Shown piece after piece: positions 8,423 through 18,839 of a DNA stretch of 64,000 nucleotides. The notes below the pieces were generated by a model. It did not search any database, had not been told where the DNA came from, and worked only from the letters and a program-made list of their open reading frames with translations. Positions within the stretch are counted from its first letter, which is position 1. Each line of letters opens with the position of its first letter. The DNA is from Flavobacteriales bacterium (GTDB lineage: Bacteria > Bacteroidota > Bacteroidia > Flavobacteriales_F > PHOS-HE28): NCBI GenBank assembly GCA_041747675.1, contig JBGTES010000002.1, positions 66,538 to 130,537 on the forward strand, written 5' to 3'. The translations under genes and the position numbers were made by a program.

Positions 8423-11400
8423 TTAGAAATTCTGCAGATCGAGTGGCCTGAGCGTGCCGAACCATTTGATCACTTTCTCGCCCACGTTCGGAACATCCAC
8501 ATGGCATATGTACACTCCGCCCGCGATCGGGATGTTGTTGGCATTCTTCAGGTCCCAATCCAGGTAGGTGAGGTCATTGTCCTTGCGGAACTTCCGCACC
8601 AGCGTGCCGCTCACGTTGTAGATCGAGATCGTACACGTTTGCGGCAGGTTGATGAACTTCACACGGTTATCCAGGCGCGAGGTCTCATAGCCACTGAAGG
8701 CATTGTAGGGGTTGGGCACGATGTTGATCATGGCCAAGGCCTCATTCGCTACTTCGGCCACACCGGTCTCCGTGGCGAAGCCGAGCGTGCTGAACCCATA
8801 CAGCGGCAGTCCATTGTTGCGCTCGGGCTGGATCGGGGAGAGTGAGCCCGGGTAATCCACATACCGCGTGTACTTACGCTCCACGTTCAACACGATGCGC
8901 ACATCGGTCTCCAGCAGTTGGCGACCGGGTGCCACCATGGCGCTGCCCACCCAGCCCACGGCACGGAACACACGGCGCAAGGGTTCTGGCTGGGTGCTTT
9001 GGATGGTCTGGTAAATGAAGCGACACTCGTCGTAACCCGGAATACGCTGTTCGGAGTTGGCCACACCGGCCGACTGGCGACGATCGTTCTTGAACACATA
9101 GATCCAGTGACTTCCGCCGAAGACAGGTTCACCAGCCCCGGTGAGCAGTTCATCGCTGGGATTCCAGATCATGTCACGTCCGATCTCACCACCCCAGAAA
9201 CTGTTCTCCCCGTAAGCCATGTTCAGGCGCTCACCGGTCTCCAGGTCGATCGCATAGCCAGGGAACCAACCGGCACCCGTGGGTTGCTCACCGCCCAGGG
9301 TGGCTTCATCGTTGTTGGCCCCGGGAGTACCGGCTTTGCGGCCGTCCTTGTCGATGCTGGGTGAGGCACGCAGCTGCAATTTACCCGCACCACCTTCGCT
9401 GAGAGCGGTATTGTCCTCCTGCTCCAGCACCACCGCACGGCTCCACTTGCTCTTGTCCTTGGTGATCACCAGTTGGATGCTCGGGGTCTCATGCAGGAAG
9501 GATGCGCTATTCTGAGTGAGGGAGACCTGCTGGTTGTTGCTTGGCTGGAATGGCGCCTGGCCCACCAGTGCCCACGGCGCCCATGTACCGCCCAGGATGT
9601 TCTCGTACCACTGCTGGTCATCACGACCAGTACGGTCATTGTAGATGGGAACATCAGGGAAGGTCTGCGTGCCGGAGCGGATCCAGTTCTGGTCGATCGG
9701 ACCCTCTGTGTCCGGAATGCCCGTGAACCAGGGCTTGGAGGGATCCTGGAAAGTGATCGTCCCCGTGCCGATCGGACGCGTGGTCGAGTTGTTGTTCCCA
9801 TCGCGGGGGTAGTTCACCTGGCCGATGGTCACCGAGATGCCCCAGTCTGGCAGCAACTGCTCATACAGCAGGTCGATCGCCCGATCACTGTTCACTGTGA
9901 CCCCGGAATTCAGGTTGGTGATGTACCAGTACGCATCATCGAGGTTGCCCGGCGTGGCCGTATCCTGGAACCAGACTTCGAATGCTGCCTCTGGCACGCT
10001 CAAGGGGTCCACGATCTTCACATCGATCGGGCCGGCATTGCGCCGATAGAGCAACTCGTCGCTCCGCCAGGGTGGCCCGGCCATGATGGCATTCTCGGAC
10101 TCCGGTGTCAGTTCGAGCCGCAGGCCACCATTGCCCGCACCCTCGTAGCGCGTCACCTGCAGACGATCGCCGAACTGGGCGTTCTGAATGGTGCCGCCGT
10201 TGGCCGGGTCGGGTTTGTGGGGGATACCCACATAGGAGCGGATCGCCCCGAAAGCGGCCTTGCGGCCTGCCACATACCGGAAGGCCTGCCCTGTTCCTCC
10301 GAATGGGTCGAACTCCTCGAAGTTGTTGTAGCCGTATGTGATTGCCAGATAGTAGTAGGATTTGAAGTTCACCAGACGGCGGTCGCCTTGTGCGAACTCG
10401 TCCTCCGTGATCTGAATGGCGTGCTCGATGCCTTCATCTGCTCCGGCCACCATCTCACGCGGCACGGTCAGGTCCAGGGTCGGATCGTAGAGGTAGTTGA
10501 TGATCTGCCCCACCCCATCCTCTACGTCGGCCTGGTACACCAACCGAGCCTTGGATACATCCTCGATATCGGACACGCTCACCGTGGCATCCTTCAACTG
10601 GTAAAGCTTGTAGCCCTGGAAACGGTAGAACCGGTCGTACGGATTGCCATCCACATCCTCCTCAGGGATCGTGGGGTCCAACTCCTCGTACATCTCGTTC
10701 TCGTTGTTGCTGCCCGGCGGATTGATCAGATAGATGACCAACTCGCGGTCGAACTCACGTATGTCCAGATCAGGTGCGTCAGGGCCATCCAGGATCTTGA
10801 AGCAATTGTCGAACAGAGCCTGGGCCTTGTCATCGGCCAGGCGCAGCAATTCCACACTGGCCACTGCCCCTCCTTGCGAGGCACGGGCGTATACCACACC
10901 CACGGTCACGTTGTTGTAAGCACCAGGTTCCAGGGTGAAAGGGCCTGCACTTTGGGCGAAGCGGCGGTCCGGCTGGGCGGGCGTCTGCTCCAATTCACGC
11001 CAGTCCGCCTGTGGTACGCAATCGGTACCCCAACCCACCGGGTCGGAGCTCCAGGGGAACATGTAGAAGGCCCGCGTAGCGTTGGGGTCCTCGCTGTATC
11101 CGTTGCCACCGTAGCTCTGTGGGCGGTTGTTCTTCCAGATGGAACGCAGGTAGTTGTAAAAGTGCGTAGCGTTGGATGGGTCGGTCAGGTTGGGATTTCC
11201 CTCGCGATTGAAGTAGATGAAGGCGCGCATGCCGAAGCGCTCATTATCCGCCTTGCCATCGCCATAGCCGATGCCGATACCGCCGTATGGGATGCCACCC
11301 AACTGCTGGTATTCCTGGCAGCTCAGGTTTTGATCCGGGCCCGGGTTATCAGTGCCGTCATAATCCTGGAAGGGACCCTCGAAGAAGTCGACCCCGATGG

Positions 11401-12526
11401 CAGGGGGCGGCGGGGCGGGGCCTCCATAACCCACAGCACCCAGGCAGGGCTCGTCCACATCACTCCAGTTGTAGCAGAACCCAAGACCACGCTGAACGTC
11501 GCAACCCGTGAAGTCATCATTGGAGCAGCCCACATCCGGGTCCACGAAGTGGCCGAAGTAGGTGTTCAACAAGGTCTGGGTACCGCGGTTGATGACCACG
11601 TAGTTGTAAAAGGTCATGTTGTTGATCTCATCGTTCGAGTTGAACGAAAAGCCCTGGGCCTGCACCTCCAGGCCGATGGGCTGGCCCTGGGTCTCGGTAT
11701 GCACGTTGCCCTTGTCATTGAAGATCCAGTAGATATTGTCATCGCCGAACAAAGGCACAGGATCCTCACGCTCTTTCCCCTTGCAGTCCTCCACCGTGAG
11801 GTTGAAGCCGTAGTCCGGATAGTCGCCTGCGAATGGGTCATAGAAACCGTCCACATCCCAGTCCACAAAGGGGGCCAGATAGAGGGCCTGCCCGGCATCC
11901 ACGTTGCCCATGGCGGGCCAGGTGATGAAGTCCGGTGGTATCGAATAACCGTTGGGGAAGATGACATCCAGGTCGCATTCGGGATCTTCGCTGCACAGTT
12001 TCCACTGGATATGTGCTTCGGCCTGCGTCCGCTTGGTCTGCCAGAAGCGGTCGTATTGCAGACACACGTCGAAATCCACCGAGGCATCACCGGTCACGGT
12101 AAGAGGCCCGGGCCAGAAATCATTCCGGCCCTGCGCGCGGTACAGCACCGCGGCGATCTTCAACTGGTTGTCGGGCGAGAGGCCACCCATCCAAAGTGCA
12201 CCGGCATAAATGGCATTGGGTCCGCTGAAGTCCGGGGTCTTAGGCACCTCATATCCGGAGCGGCCGGAGGCCCGGCGGGTCCATTTGTTGCCGCCGTTCT
12301 CGATCACCGCGCGCACGTTGTTGAAATTCAACTGTGTGATGCGGCTTGCCGGCGAGCAACTGGCCGCCTTGCCCAGATTGGGTGGCGGTGGTGGCGGTGC
12401 CCCCGAGGTGGCGGGCGGTGCAATGGCCCAGGCATGCATGCCCAGGGACACGGCGAGGCTCAGAGCGAAGGTTCTGGTGAGGAGCGCGCTTTGAAAGCCT
12501 TTCATGTTGTGTGGTCGTTTTAGCAT
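8423..12526 (-). CDS. Large secreted T9SS-CTD protein, candidate PorU-like (C-terminal signal peptidase family)
   Basis: 1367 aa with signal peptide. C-terminal 90 aa (NPYNAFSGYETS...ISIYNVSGTLVRKF...WDLKNANNIPIAGGVYICHV...KWFGTLRP) resembles a T9SS CTD, closest to type B. The gene sits directly upstream of the PorV-like gene. Peptidase C25 motifs could not be verified by eye. Confidence 0.45.
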   Translation of the reverse strand: MLKRPHNMKGFQSALLTRTFALSLAVSLGMHAWAIAPPATSGAPPPPPPNLGKAASCSPASRITQLNFNNVRAVIENGGNKWTRRASGRSGYEVPKTPDFSGPNAIYAGALWMGGLSPDNQLKIAAVLYRAQGRNDFWPGPLTVTGDASVDFDVCLQYDRFWQTKRTQAEAHIQWKLCSEDPECDLDVIFPNGYSIPPDFITWPAMGNVDAGQALYLAPFVDWDVDGFYDPFAGDYPDYGFNLTVEDCKGKEREDPVPLFGDDNIYWIFNDKGNVHTETQGQPIGLEVQAQGFSFNSNDEINNMTFYNYVVINRGTQTLLNTYFGHFVDPDVGCSNDDFTGCDVQRGLGFCYNWSDVDEPCLGAVGYGGPAPPPPAIGVDFFEGPFQDYDGTDNPGPDQNLSCQEYQQLGGIPYGGIGIGYGDGKADNERFGMRAFIYFNREGNPNLTDPSNATHFYNYLRSIWKNNRPQSYGGNGYSEDPNATRAFYMFPWSSDPVGWGTDCVPQADWRELEQTPAQPDRRFAQSAGPFTLEPGAYNNVTVGVVYARASQGGAVASVELLRLADDKAQALFDNCFKILDGPDAPDLDIREFDRELVIYLINPPGSNNENEMYEELDPTIPEEDVDGNPYDRFYRFQGYKLYQLKDATVSVSDIEDVSKARLVYQADVEDGVGQIINYLYDPTLDLTVPREMVAGADEGIEHAIQITEDEFAQGDRRLVNFKSYYYLAITYGYNNFEEFDPFGGTGQAFRYVAGRKAAFGAIRSYVGIPHKPDPANGGTIQNAQFGDRLQVTRYEGAGNGGLRLELTPESENAIMAGPPWRSDELLYRRNAGPIDVKIVDPLSVPEAAFEVWFQDTATPGNLDDAYWYITNLNSGVTVNSDRAIDLLYEQLLPDWGISVTIGQVNYPRDGNNNSTTRPIGTGTITFQDPSKPWFTGIPDTEGPIDQNWIRSGTQTFPDVPIYNDRTGRDDQQWYENILGGTWAPWALVGQAPFQPSNNQQVSLTQNSASFLHETPSIQLVITKDKSKWSRAVVLEQEDNTALSEGGAGKLQLRASPSIDKDGRKAGTPGANNDEATLGGEQPTGAGWFPGYAIDLETGERLNMAYGENSFWGGEIGRDMIWNPSDELLTGAGEPVFGGSHWIYVFKNDRRQSAGVANSEQRIPGYDECRFIYQTIQSTQPEPLRRVFRAVGWVGSAMVAPGRQLLETDVRIVLNVERKYTRYVDYPGSLSPIQPERNNGLPLYGFSTLGFATETGVAEVANEALAMINIVPNPYNAFSGYETSRLDNRVKFINLPQTCTISIYNVSGTLVRKFRKDNDLTYLDWDLKNANNIPIAGGVYICHVDVPNVGEKVIKWFGTLRPLDLQNF

Positions 12527-15500
12527 CAGAAATCGAAACGTACACCCAGGCGGATCTGCCGGGGCAGGCCAAAGTTGAATGGGTTCTGCACCTTGGTGGT
12601 GTAGAGGTCACGGAAAGCATTGGGGTCCACCTGGCTGGTGTCGGTGAGCAGGGCCAGGAAGCCGTCGTTGTCCGGTGAACCGGTGAAACGGTACACGTCG
12701 ATGGTATTCCGCGTGTTCAACACGTTGGTCACCAGCAGGAAGATGTTCAGGTTCGCACTCTTGGCCTTGTCCCCTTCACCACCGAAGCTCAGCGGGATGT
12801 CGCGATCGATCTGCATGTCGGTCGTGAACTGCCATGGGAGTCGGGCACCGTTGAGCGAGCCATCCAGGCGGTAGTTGCCGCTACCGGCTCCTTCGTTCAC
12901 CACCTGAAGGCTGCGGCTGTACGGTGTGCCGCTGCCCAGGATGCTCACCACGTTCACACCGGTGCGCTGTAAGATCGCTTTGTCGAACAGCATCGGGCCG
13001 TTGTAGTCCTTTCCACCGCCATAGCGGAAGTCCACGGTCATCTGGAAGCGATGACGCTGGTCGAAATCAAGTGGTGAGATGGTGCGCAGGTTCGGCTGCC
13101 CGGAGTTGATCAGGTTGATGCCCGTATTGGGGCCGGAACCTGTTCCATCGGCGAACTGCAGGGTGTAGCCCAGGCGCATCCACACGTTGCCGGTCCGGCG
13201 CAGATCGTAGCTGGTGCTGAAGCCCTTCACGGTACCGAAATCGAAGTTGTCGTAGGTGCGATAGTCACGCGGCCAGGCGTTGAGCACATTGCGGATCTGG
13301 ATCTGGTCGCGCAGTTCGCGATAGAAAGCCGAGATCTTCAAAGAAGAACTCTTGGACAACACCTGCTGGAAGCCCAATTCGTAGTCGATGGTCTTCGTGG
13401 GCCGCAGGTTCGGGTTGGCAAGGATGTCGCCGGTGTTCTCGATGTAGGAGAAGCCGATCAGGTCCAGGCGGCTCTGCAAGGCATTGGGGCGCTGGGTCAA
13501 CACGTCGTAGTGGGCGAAGAACACGGCCTCATCGCTGATCGGGAAGCTGAAGGCGATCCGGGGCATGATATTCACCGCCGGGGAGTAATCCCGGAAAGCT
13601 TCCTTGCTCAGGTTGGAACCGATCAGGCTGCCCGCCCCTCCCCCGTCGATCAGGTAGGGCTGGATGATCCCGCCTTCCTGCAGGCTCGTGCCGTCCGCGA
13701 GTTCCACACCAGTGGCGCTGTACCACACGTCGCCGTCGCGGTAGCCTTTAATGATGTTGGCATTCTCCAGATTGTCCACATACACCACGAAGTCGTCGCC
13801 GATGTTGCCGGGGCGATTGGCCAGTTGGTTGGCGATATCGCTGTTGGGCACAGCTGATCCAGCCGTCCAGGCATCCTGCCAGAGATACTTATCCTTCAGC
13901 ACGTTCTGGTTCGCATCATAGCGGTCCACCCGCACACCCACGTTGAAGATGATGTCGTCGAAGGCGAATTTGTCCATCACATAGCCGGCCATGTAGATCG
14001 GCTGGAAGGGGGCCTGCACGCGGGTGTACTGTCCATTCCCGTCCTGCTCGTCGAAGAAGCTGTTGAAGCTGGGACGGCCGGTGAGACGGTTGCCGAGGTA
14101 ATCATAACCCACATAGCTCACCAGATTGTTGCCATCGTTGATCAACTCGTCCGGTGAGAACATATCCAGCGAGAACACGCTGGGGTCCAGTGCGTCCACG
14201 TCGATGAAGTCGAGCCCATTGGGGTCCAGGCCCAGTGCTTCACGCAGACTGCGATCGAAGAAGCGCTGGTCGTCCCCCCTGTTGCGGGAATAGAAGTAGA
14301 ACGGGAAGGGGCTGCCCGGTACCTGTACGATGCTCGTGGGCAGTGTATCCTGCCATTCCTGGATGTGGAAGTTCGCCAATTGACGTGCACGGGTCCATAG
14401 ACCCACGGGGGCCAGGTCGTAGCGTCGCTGGCTCAACTGCTCGTATTCCACACCCACCGAGATCGCGTGCTGTCCGATGTCGGCACTGCCGGCCGCAGTG
14501 AAGCGTACCTGATCGTTCTGGCGGCGGCGGAATTGTGCACCATTGGGGTCGTCGATGAAGCCGATGTTGTTCCACAGATCATAGAGCGATGCAGGGCGCA
14601 TGCCATTCCACAACACGCCGCGCTGCACCGTCTCCTGGAAATTCTGGTAGAAACCAACGTAGTTCGGGTCGCTGCCGGCCTCGGCTCCGAAGAGTTCCTG
14701 GATGGGGAACTGCTCGGGCGCGAAGGCATTGAAATAGAAATTGTTCACGGCGGCCAGGTCGGGGTTCTGTGTGCCCGGGGTGAAGGTCACCAGGGTGTCG
14801 CGCAAGCCCACCTGGTCCCAGCGGCCGTTGCGGAATTCGAACTGCGGGGCCCGGTAAATGTCGAAGCGGCCTACATATCCGTAGTCGAAGAAGCGGTCAC
14901 CGTGGGTGAAGTCCTCCACATTGTTCTGGTAGCGCGAGTAATCGAGCTGCAGGGTATAAAAGGCGTTCTGGATGGTGGCCCTGCGCTCTTCCTGCTCGGT
15001 CCTGTTCTGGAAGCGCTGTGTGAACCTCACGAAGGCACGCCAGGTGCTTTCTTTAATGCGTGTGTTATTCTCCGCGTTCAGCAGTGAATTGCGGCGGTTG
15101 TACACCTGGCGGTTACCGTAATCGAGCGACCCGCCCACACTGAGATTGATGGTGGGTGTGGTGGTGATGTCGATCTTGCCCGATGCCAGATAACTCAATT
15201 CCCCGGCGTTCTGGCGGGTGGGTACCGCCTCCAGGTCATTGAAGCGCAGGTATTCGCTGCTATAGACCATGGTGAAATCATTCACCCCACTCTGGAACAG
15301 GCGCGCGGGATTCTCCAGCAGGCCGTCACGCACCTCAGGCTTCACGCGCACATCACCATCGAACAAGGGGCGACCGTCCACCACGTTGGTGTACTGGCCG
15401 GATAGGAAGAAGCCGATGAGCGGACGGGTCTTGTTCCCCACACTGTCCTTCTTGAACAGCAGCGGACCCGAGAGGCTCGCCTCGAGCTGGTTGAATCCGT

Positions 15501-16278
15501 ATTTATCCAGGCCGTACACGTTGGCTATGTCATCACCGAGTTTGAATCCTGATGTAAGGTATTCCATCCCACCGAAGAAATTCCTGCTCGGACCACGTGT
15601 GGTGATGTTGATCAAACCACCGGTCACATCACCATAGTTGGCGGGCACGCCGCCGGTGATCACCTGCACTTCCTCGATGGCGCTCTTGGGCAGGCCGATA
15701 CCCGCACCGGCGGGCACCTTCACACCATCTATATAGTAATAGGTGTTCTCCGCACGTGCTCCGCGGATGCTGATGCCACCTCCCGTACCCGCATCGCTTG
15801 TACCAGCCACGGTGGTGGCGATGGATGCTGCGGAACGGCCGGGCATCTTGGCGATGTCCTCCCGTGTGACGGTACCTCCGCTGGCACCACCATCCCTGTC
15901 GATCAGCGGTACGGTATACTGGATCACCTCGAATTCCTTGAGCTCGATGCCCTGGGTGAGCTTGAGATCAAGGAAGGTGATGCGGTTGGCGCTGACCACC
16001 ACCCCCACCTGCTTGTAGGGTTGGTAACCCACATAGGTCACCACCACATCATACGAGCCGGGGTCGATCGGCTTGATGTCATATGCACCGTTGAAGTCCG
16101 AAGCGGAACCGGTGACCTGCTGACCACCGCGCTCGAGCACGACGTTCACGAAGGGCAACGGCTCGCCGGACTTGTTATCGGTGATCTTGCCCCTGAGACT
16201 GCCGGAACCCACCTGGGCTTGCAGTGTCATCACCAAAGGGAACAGGGCGATCGTGGAGAATAGCCTTCTCACCATCAA
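12526..16278 (-). CDS. TonB-dependent-receptor-like outer-membrane protein with N-terminal carboxypeptidase-regulatory domain
   Basis: 1250 aa. Signal peptide, CarboxypepD_reg-like N-domain (GSLRGKITDNKSGEPLPFVNVVL), plug-like region (ISIRGARAENTYYYIDGVKV...EVQVITGG), long beta-barrel ending ...LGVRFDF. Its stop overlaps the next gene's start by 1 nt. Confidence 0.7.
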   Translation of the reverse strand: MMVRRLFSTIALFPLVMTLQAQVGSGSLRGKITDNKSGEPLPFVNVVLERGGQQVTGSASDFNGAYDIKPIDPGSYDVVVTYVGYQPYKQVGVVVSANRITFLDLKLTQGIELKEFEVIQYTVPLIDRDGGASGGTVTREDIAKMPGRSAASIATTVAGTSDAGTGGGISIRGARAENTYYYIDGVKVPAGAGIGLPKSAIEEVQVITGGVPANYGDVTGGLINITTRGPSRNFFGGMEYLTSGFKLGDDIANVYGLDKYGFNQLEASLSGPLLFKKDSVGNKTRPLIGFFLSGQYTNVVDGRPLFDGDVRVKPEVRDGLLENPARLFQSGVNDFTMVYSSEYLRFNDLEAVPTRQNAGELSYLASGKIDITTTPTINLSVGGSLDYGNRQVYNRRNSLLNAENNTRIKESTWRAFVRFTQRFQNRTEQEERRATIQNAFYTLQLDYSRYQNNVEDFTHGDRFFDYGYVGRFDIYRAPQFEFRNGRWDQVGLRDTLVTFTPGTQNPDLAAVNNFYFNAFAPEQFPIQELFGAEAGSDPNYVGFYQNFQETVQRGVLWNGMRPASLYDLWNNIGFIDDPNGAQFRRRQNDQVRFTAAGSADIGQHAISVGVEYEQLSQRRYDLAPVGLWTRARQLANFHIQEWQDTLPTSIVQVPGSPFPFYFYSRNRGDDQRFFDRSLREALGLDPNGLDFIDVDALDPSVFSLDMFSPDELINDGNNLVSYVGYDYLGNRLTGRPSFNSFFDEQDGNGQYTRVQAPFQPIYMAGYVMDKFAFDDIIFNVGVRVDRYDANQNVLKDKYLWQDAWTAGSAVPNSDIANQLANRPGNIGDDFVVYVDNLENANIIKGYRDGDVWYSATGVELADGTSLQEGGIIQPYLIDGGGAGSLIGSNLSKEAFRDYSPAVNIMPRIAFSFPISDEAVFFAHYDVLTQRPNALQSRLDLIGFSYIENTGDILANPNLRPTKTIDYELGFQQVLSKSSSLKISAFYRELRDQIQIRNVLNAWPRDYRTYDNFDFGTVKGFSTSYDLRRTGNVWMRLGYTLQFADGTGSGPNTGINLINSGQPNLRTISPLDFDQRHRFQMTVDFRYGGGKDYNGPMLFDKAILQRTGVNVVSILGSGTPYSRSLQVVNEGAGSGNYRLDGSLNGARLPWQFTTDMQIDRDIPLSFGGEGDKAKSANLNIFLLVTNVLNTRNTIDVYRFTGSPDNDGFLALLTDTSQVDPNAFRDLYTTKVQNPFNFGLPRQIRLGVRFDF

Positions 16279-16525
16279 CGGAAAGGTTTAGCGTTCAGCG
16301 AAACAGCGCAACGAGGGGGCGTAAATATAGGAAGATCCCGGATCGGCAAAAATTTCTGTGTACTGCAGGAAAGGCCTATTCCCCTAAGGATCGCCGGGGG
16401 GCCATGGTCCGTTGAGGGGCGCGTCCTGCACATGGGGCGGTGATCTGGGGGAAAGATATTGGTAACGATCGCCAAGTCCGTTCGCGATGGCCTGCCAACA
16501 TCATTCTATACTATACACCTCCGAG

Positions 16526-16822
16526 CTACCGCTTGCGGTTGAAGAGCCGGCCCGGGAAGCGGTCGCGATGTGCGCCGATGCCACCACGCTCGGCCCGTCT
16601 CTGATGGCGTTTCAGGCGTTTGCGCGTGTCCTTGTCCTGGATGGCGAGATGCCGTTTCCGATCCTCCTTCTCCTTGGACTTCTTCGCCTTGGCATCCTCC
16701 TTCGCCTGGCGTGCCTCGTTCTTCTCGAACTGCTTGCGGCTGACCCCCTCCTGGGCGTTCAAAAGCACAGGGGCTCCCAACAGAAGGGTGTGGATCAACA
16801 GGAAGTGGAGTGTGTGACGCAT
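16526..16822 (-). CDS. Small secreted lysine/arginine-rich protein (hypothetical)
   Basis: Signal peptide MRHTLHFLLIHTLLLGAPVLLNAQE followed by a low-complexity K/E/R-rich tail. Weak coding evidence. Confidence 0.3.
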   Translation of the reverse strand: MRHTLHFLLIHTLLLGAPVLLNAQEGVSRKQFEKNEARQAKEDAKAKKSKEKEDRKRHLAIQDKDTRKRLKRHQRRAERGGIGAHRDRFPGRLFNRKR

Positions 16823-16898
16823 GGGATGGTGCAAGGATAACGCACGCCAGGGGCGTTCGCGCATACCTAACTTCGCGTCACCGCGTTACTGCCTGCGC

Positions 16899-17333
16899 AT
16901 GACCAGCTCCACCCTGTTCCGCATCATCATTCTATCCCTGCTGGCAGGCGTGCTGTTGTTCGGCTGCAAGAAGGACCGCCCGGGTGGGGTGCCATTGACA
17001 CCTGTGGACGTCAGCATCAACATCAACAATCCCTCCTATGCGGACCTGGCCGTGCCGGGGGGCTGGCTCTACCTTACCGGCGGGTCCATGGGCATCATCG
17101 TGTACCGCAAGTCCATGAGCGAATTCGCCGCAATGGACCGCCACTGCCCCTACCAGCCGCAGGACCTGTGCAGGGTGTATGTGGATGAGAGCGAGGTGAT
17201 CGCGCGCGATACGCTATGCTGCGGATCGTCCTATCTGATCATGGACGGCAGCGTGACACAGGGCCCCACCGCACTACCGTTGCAGCGATACAACACGTCA
17301 TTCAACGGGACGACACTACGGATCTACAACTGA
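16899..17333 (+). CDS. Hypothetical lipoprotein
   Basis: Lipobox LLFGC (MTSSTLFRIIILSLLAGVLLFGCKKD), then a Cys-rich 120-aa domain. Confidence 0.4.
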   Translation: MTSSTLFRIIILSLLAGVLLFGCKKDRPGGVPLTPVDVSININNPSYADLAVPGGWLYLTGGSMGIIVYRKSMSEFAAMDRHCPYQPQDLCRVYVDESEVIARDTLCCGSSYLIMDGSVTQGPTALPLQRYNTSFNGTTLRIYN

Positions 17334-17382
17334 TCCGTATACGGTGCTGGTGCATGACCGGCAGCACCTGTTCCAACAAGCA

Positions 17383-18696
17383 TCAGTACCTGTACTCGTC
17401 GCTCTTGAAGGGACCTTCCTTCGGCACGCCGATATACCTGGCCTGCGCATCGGTGAGTTCCTCCAACTCCACGCCGATCTTGTCCAGGTGAAGCCGCGCC
17501 ACCATCTCATCCAGATGCTTGGGCAGCACGTAAACCTTGTTCTCGTAATTGTCCCGGTTCTTCCAAAGCTCGATCTGGGCCAGCGTCTGGTTGGTGAAGC
17601 TGTTGCTCATCACGAAGCTGGGATGACCCGTGGCGCAGCCCAGGTTCACCAGTCGGCCTTCGGCGAGGATGATGATGTCCCTGCCATCGATCGTGTACTT
17701 GTCCACCTGTGGCTTGATCTCCACCTTGGTGTGTCCGTGGGTCTTGTTCAGCCAGGCCATGTCGATCTCATTATCGAAGTGGCCGATGTTGCACACGATG
17801 GTCTTGTCGTTCATCTTCCGGAAGTGCTGCTCCGTGATGATGTTGAAGTTACCCGTCGCGGTGATCACGATGTCCGCCCGATGGATGGCGGTGCTGAGCT
17901 TCTTCACCTCATACCCGTCCATGGCCGCCTGCAGCGCACAGATGGGGTCGATCTCCGTAACGATCACCCGCGCACCTGCACCGCGCAAGGAAGCGGCCGT
18001 ACCCTTGCCCACATCACCGTAGCCGCACACGATGGCCACCTTGCCGGCCATCATGATATCGGTGGCCCGGCGGATGGCGTCCACGGCGCTTTCCTTGCAG
18101 CCATACTTGTTGTCGAACTTGCTCTTGGTGACACTGTCGTTCACATTGATCGCCGGCATCACCAGGGTGCCGTTCTTCTCACGGTCCTTCAGTCGCAGCA
18201 CGCCGGTGGTGGTCTCCTCGCTAAGCCCCCGGATGCCGTTCACCAGCTCGGGGTATTTGTCGAAGACCATGTTGGTGAGATCACCGCCATCGTCCAGGAT
18301 CATGTTCAGGGGCCGACCCTCGGGGAAGGCATGGAGCGTTTGCTCGATGCACCAATCGAACTCCTGTTCATTCAAGCCCTTCCATGCGAACACGGGTATA
18401 CCAGCAGCTGCTATCGCGGCGGCGGCATGGTCCTGTGTACTGAAGATGTTGCAGCTGCTCCAGCTCACCTCGGCACCGAGCTCCTTCAGGGTCTCAATGA
18501 GTACGGCGGTCTGGATGGTCATGTGCAGACATCCGGCGATGCGGGCACCATTCAGGGGTTTGTCCTTACCGTATTGCTGGCGCAGGGCCATCAGGCCAGG
18601 CATCTCGGCCTCGGCCAGTTCGATCTCCTTGCGGCCCCATTCGGCCAGGGAGATATCCTTCACCTTATACTTCAGTTGCTCTTGTGTCTGGGGCAT
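17383..18696 (-). CDS. ahcY: Adenosylhomocysteinase
   Basis: Full-length match with NAD-binding GYGDVGKG and the catalytic region. Track start at 18717 is TTG; ATG verified at 18696 ([14 protein letters not shown]...). Confidence 0.9.
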   Translation of the reverse strand: MPQTQEQLKYKVKDISLAEWGRKEIELAEAEMPGLMALRQQYGKDKPLNGARIAGCLHMTIQTAVLIETLKELGAEVSWSSCNIFSTQDHAAAAIAAAGIPVFAWKGLNEQEFDWCIEQTLHAFPEGRPLNMILDDGGDLTNMVFDKYPELVNGIRGLSEETTTGVLRLKDREKNGTLVMPAINVNDSVTKSKFDNKYGCKESAVDAIRRATDIMMAGKVAIVCGYGDVGKGTAASLRGAGARVIVTEIDPICALQAAMDGYEVKKLSTAIHRADIVITATGNFNIITEQHFRKMNDKTIVCNIGHFDNEIDMAWLNKTHGHTKVEIKPQVDKYTIDGRDIIILAEGRLVNLGCATGHPSFVMSNSFTNQTLAQIELWKNRDNYENKVYVLPKHLDEMVARLHLDKIGVELEELTDAQARYIGVPKEGPFKSDEYRY

Positions 18697-18839
18697 GGTC
18701 GTTCGCATGGGCGGCAAAGGTAGTGTCCTTCAAGCTTTCAGACTTGTTGATCGAACTCCTGGCAGAGGAGTTCCATCCACAGCGGTCCACCGGCCGTCAA
18801 CCATCCAGCGATCAGCCGGGCAAAGAGTAAGTTCGCACC

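Noticed and set aside
9473-12523. 1016-aa plus-strand ORF
   Set aside because: Exactly antisense to the 1367-aa CTD protein. It has no recognisable domains and an Arg/His/Gly-rich shadow composition. The same reasoning applies to 22589..25159 (antisense of the TBDR), 31736..33574 (antisense of atpD), 46706..48322, 40784..41521, 27494..28519 and 28263..29546.
16279-16525. Second riboswitch upstream of the 1250-aa TBDR-like gene
   Set aside because: A 250-nt G-rich leader is present, but no B12-box, THI-box or other recognisable aptamer core was found.
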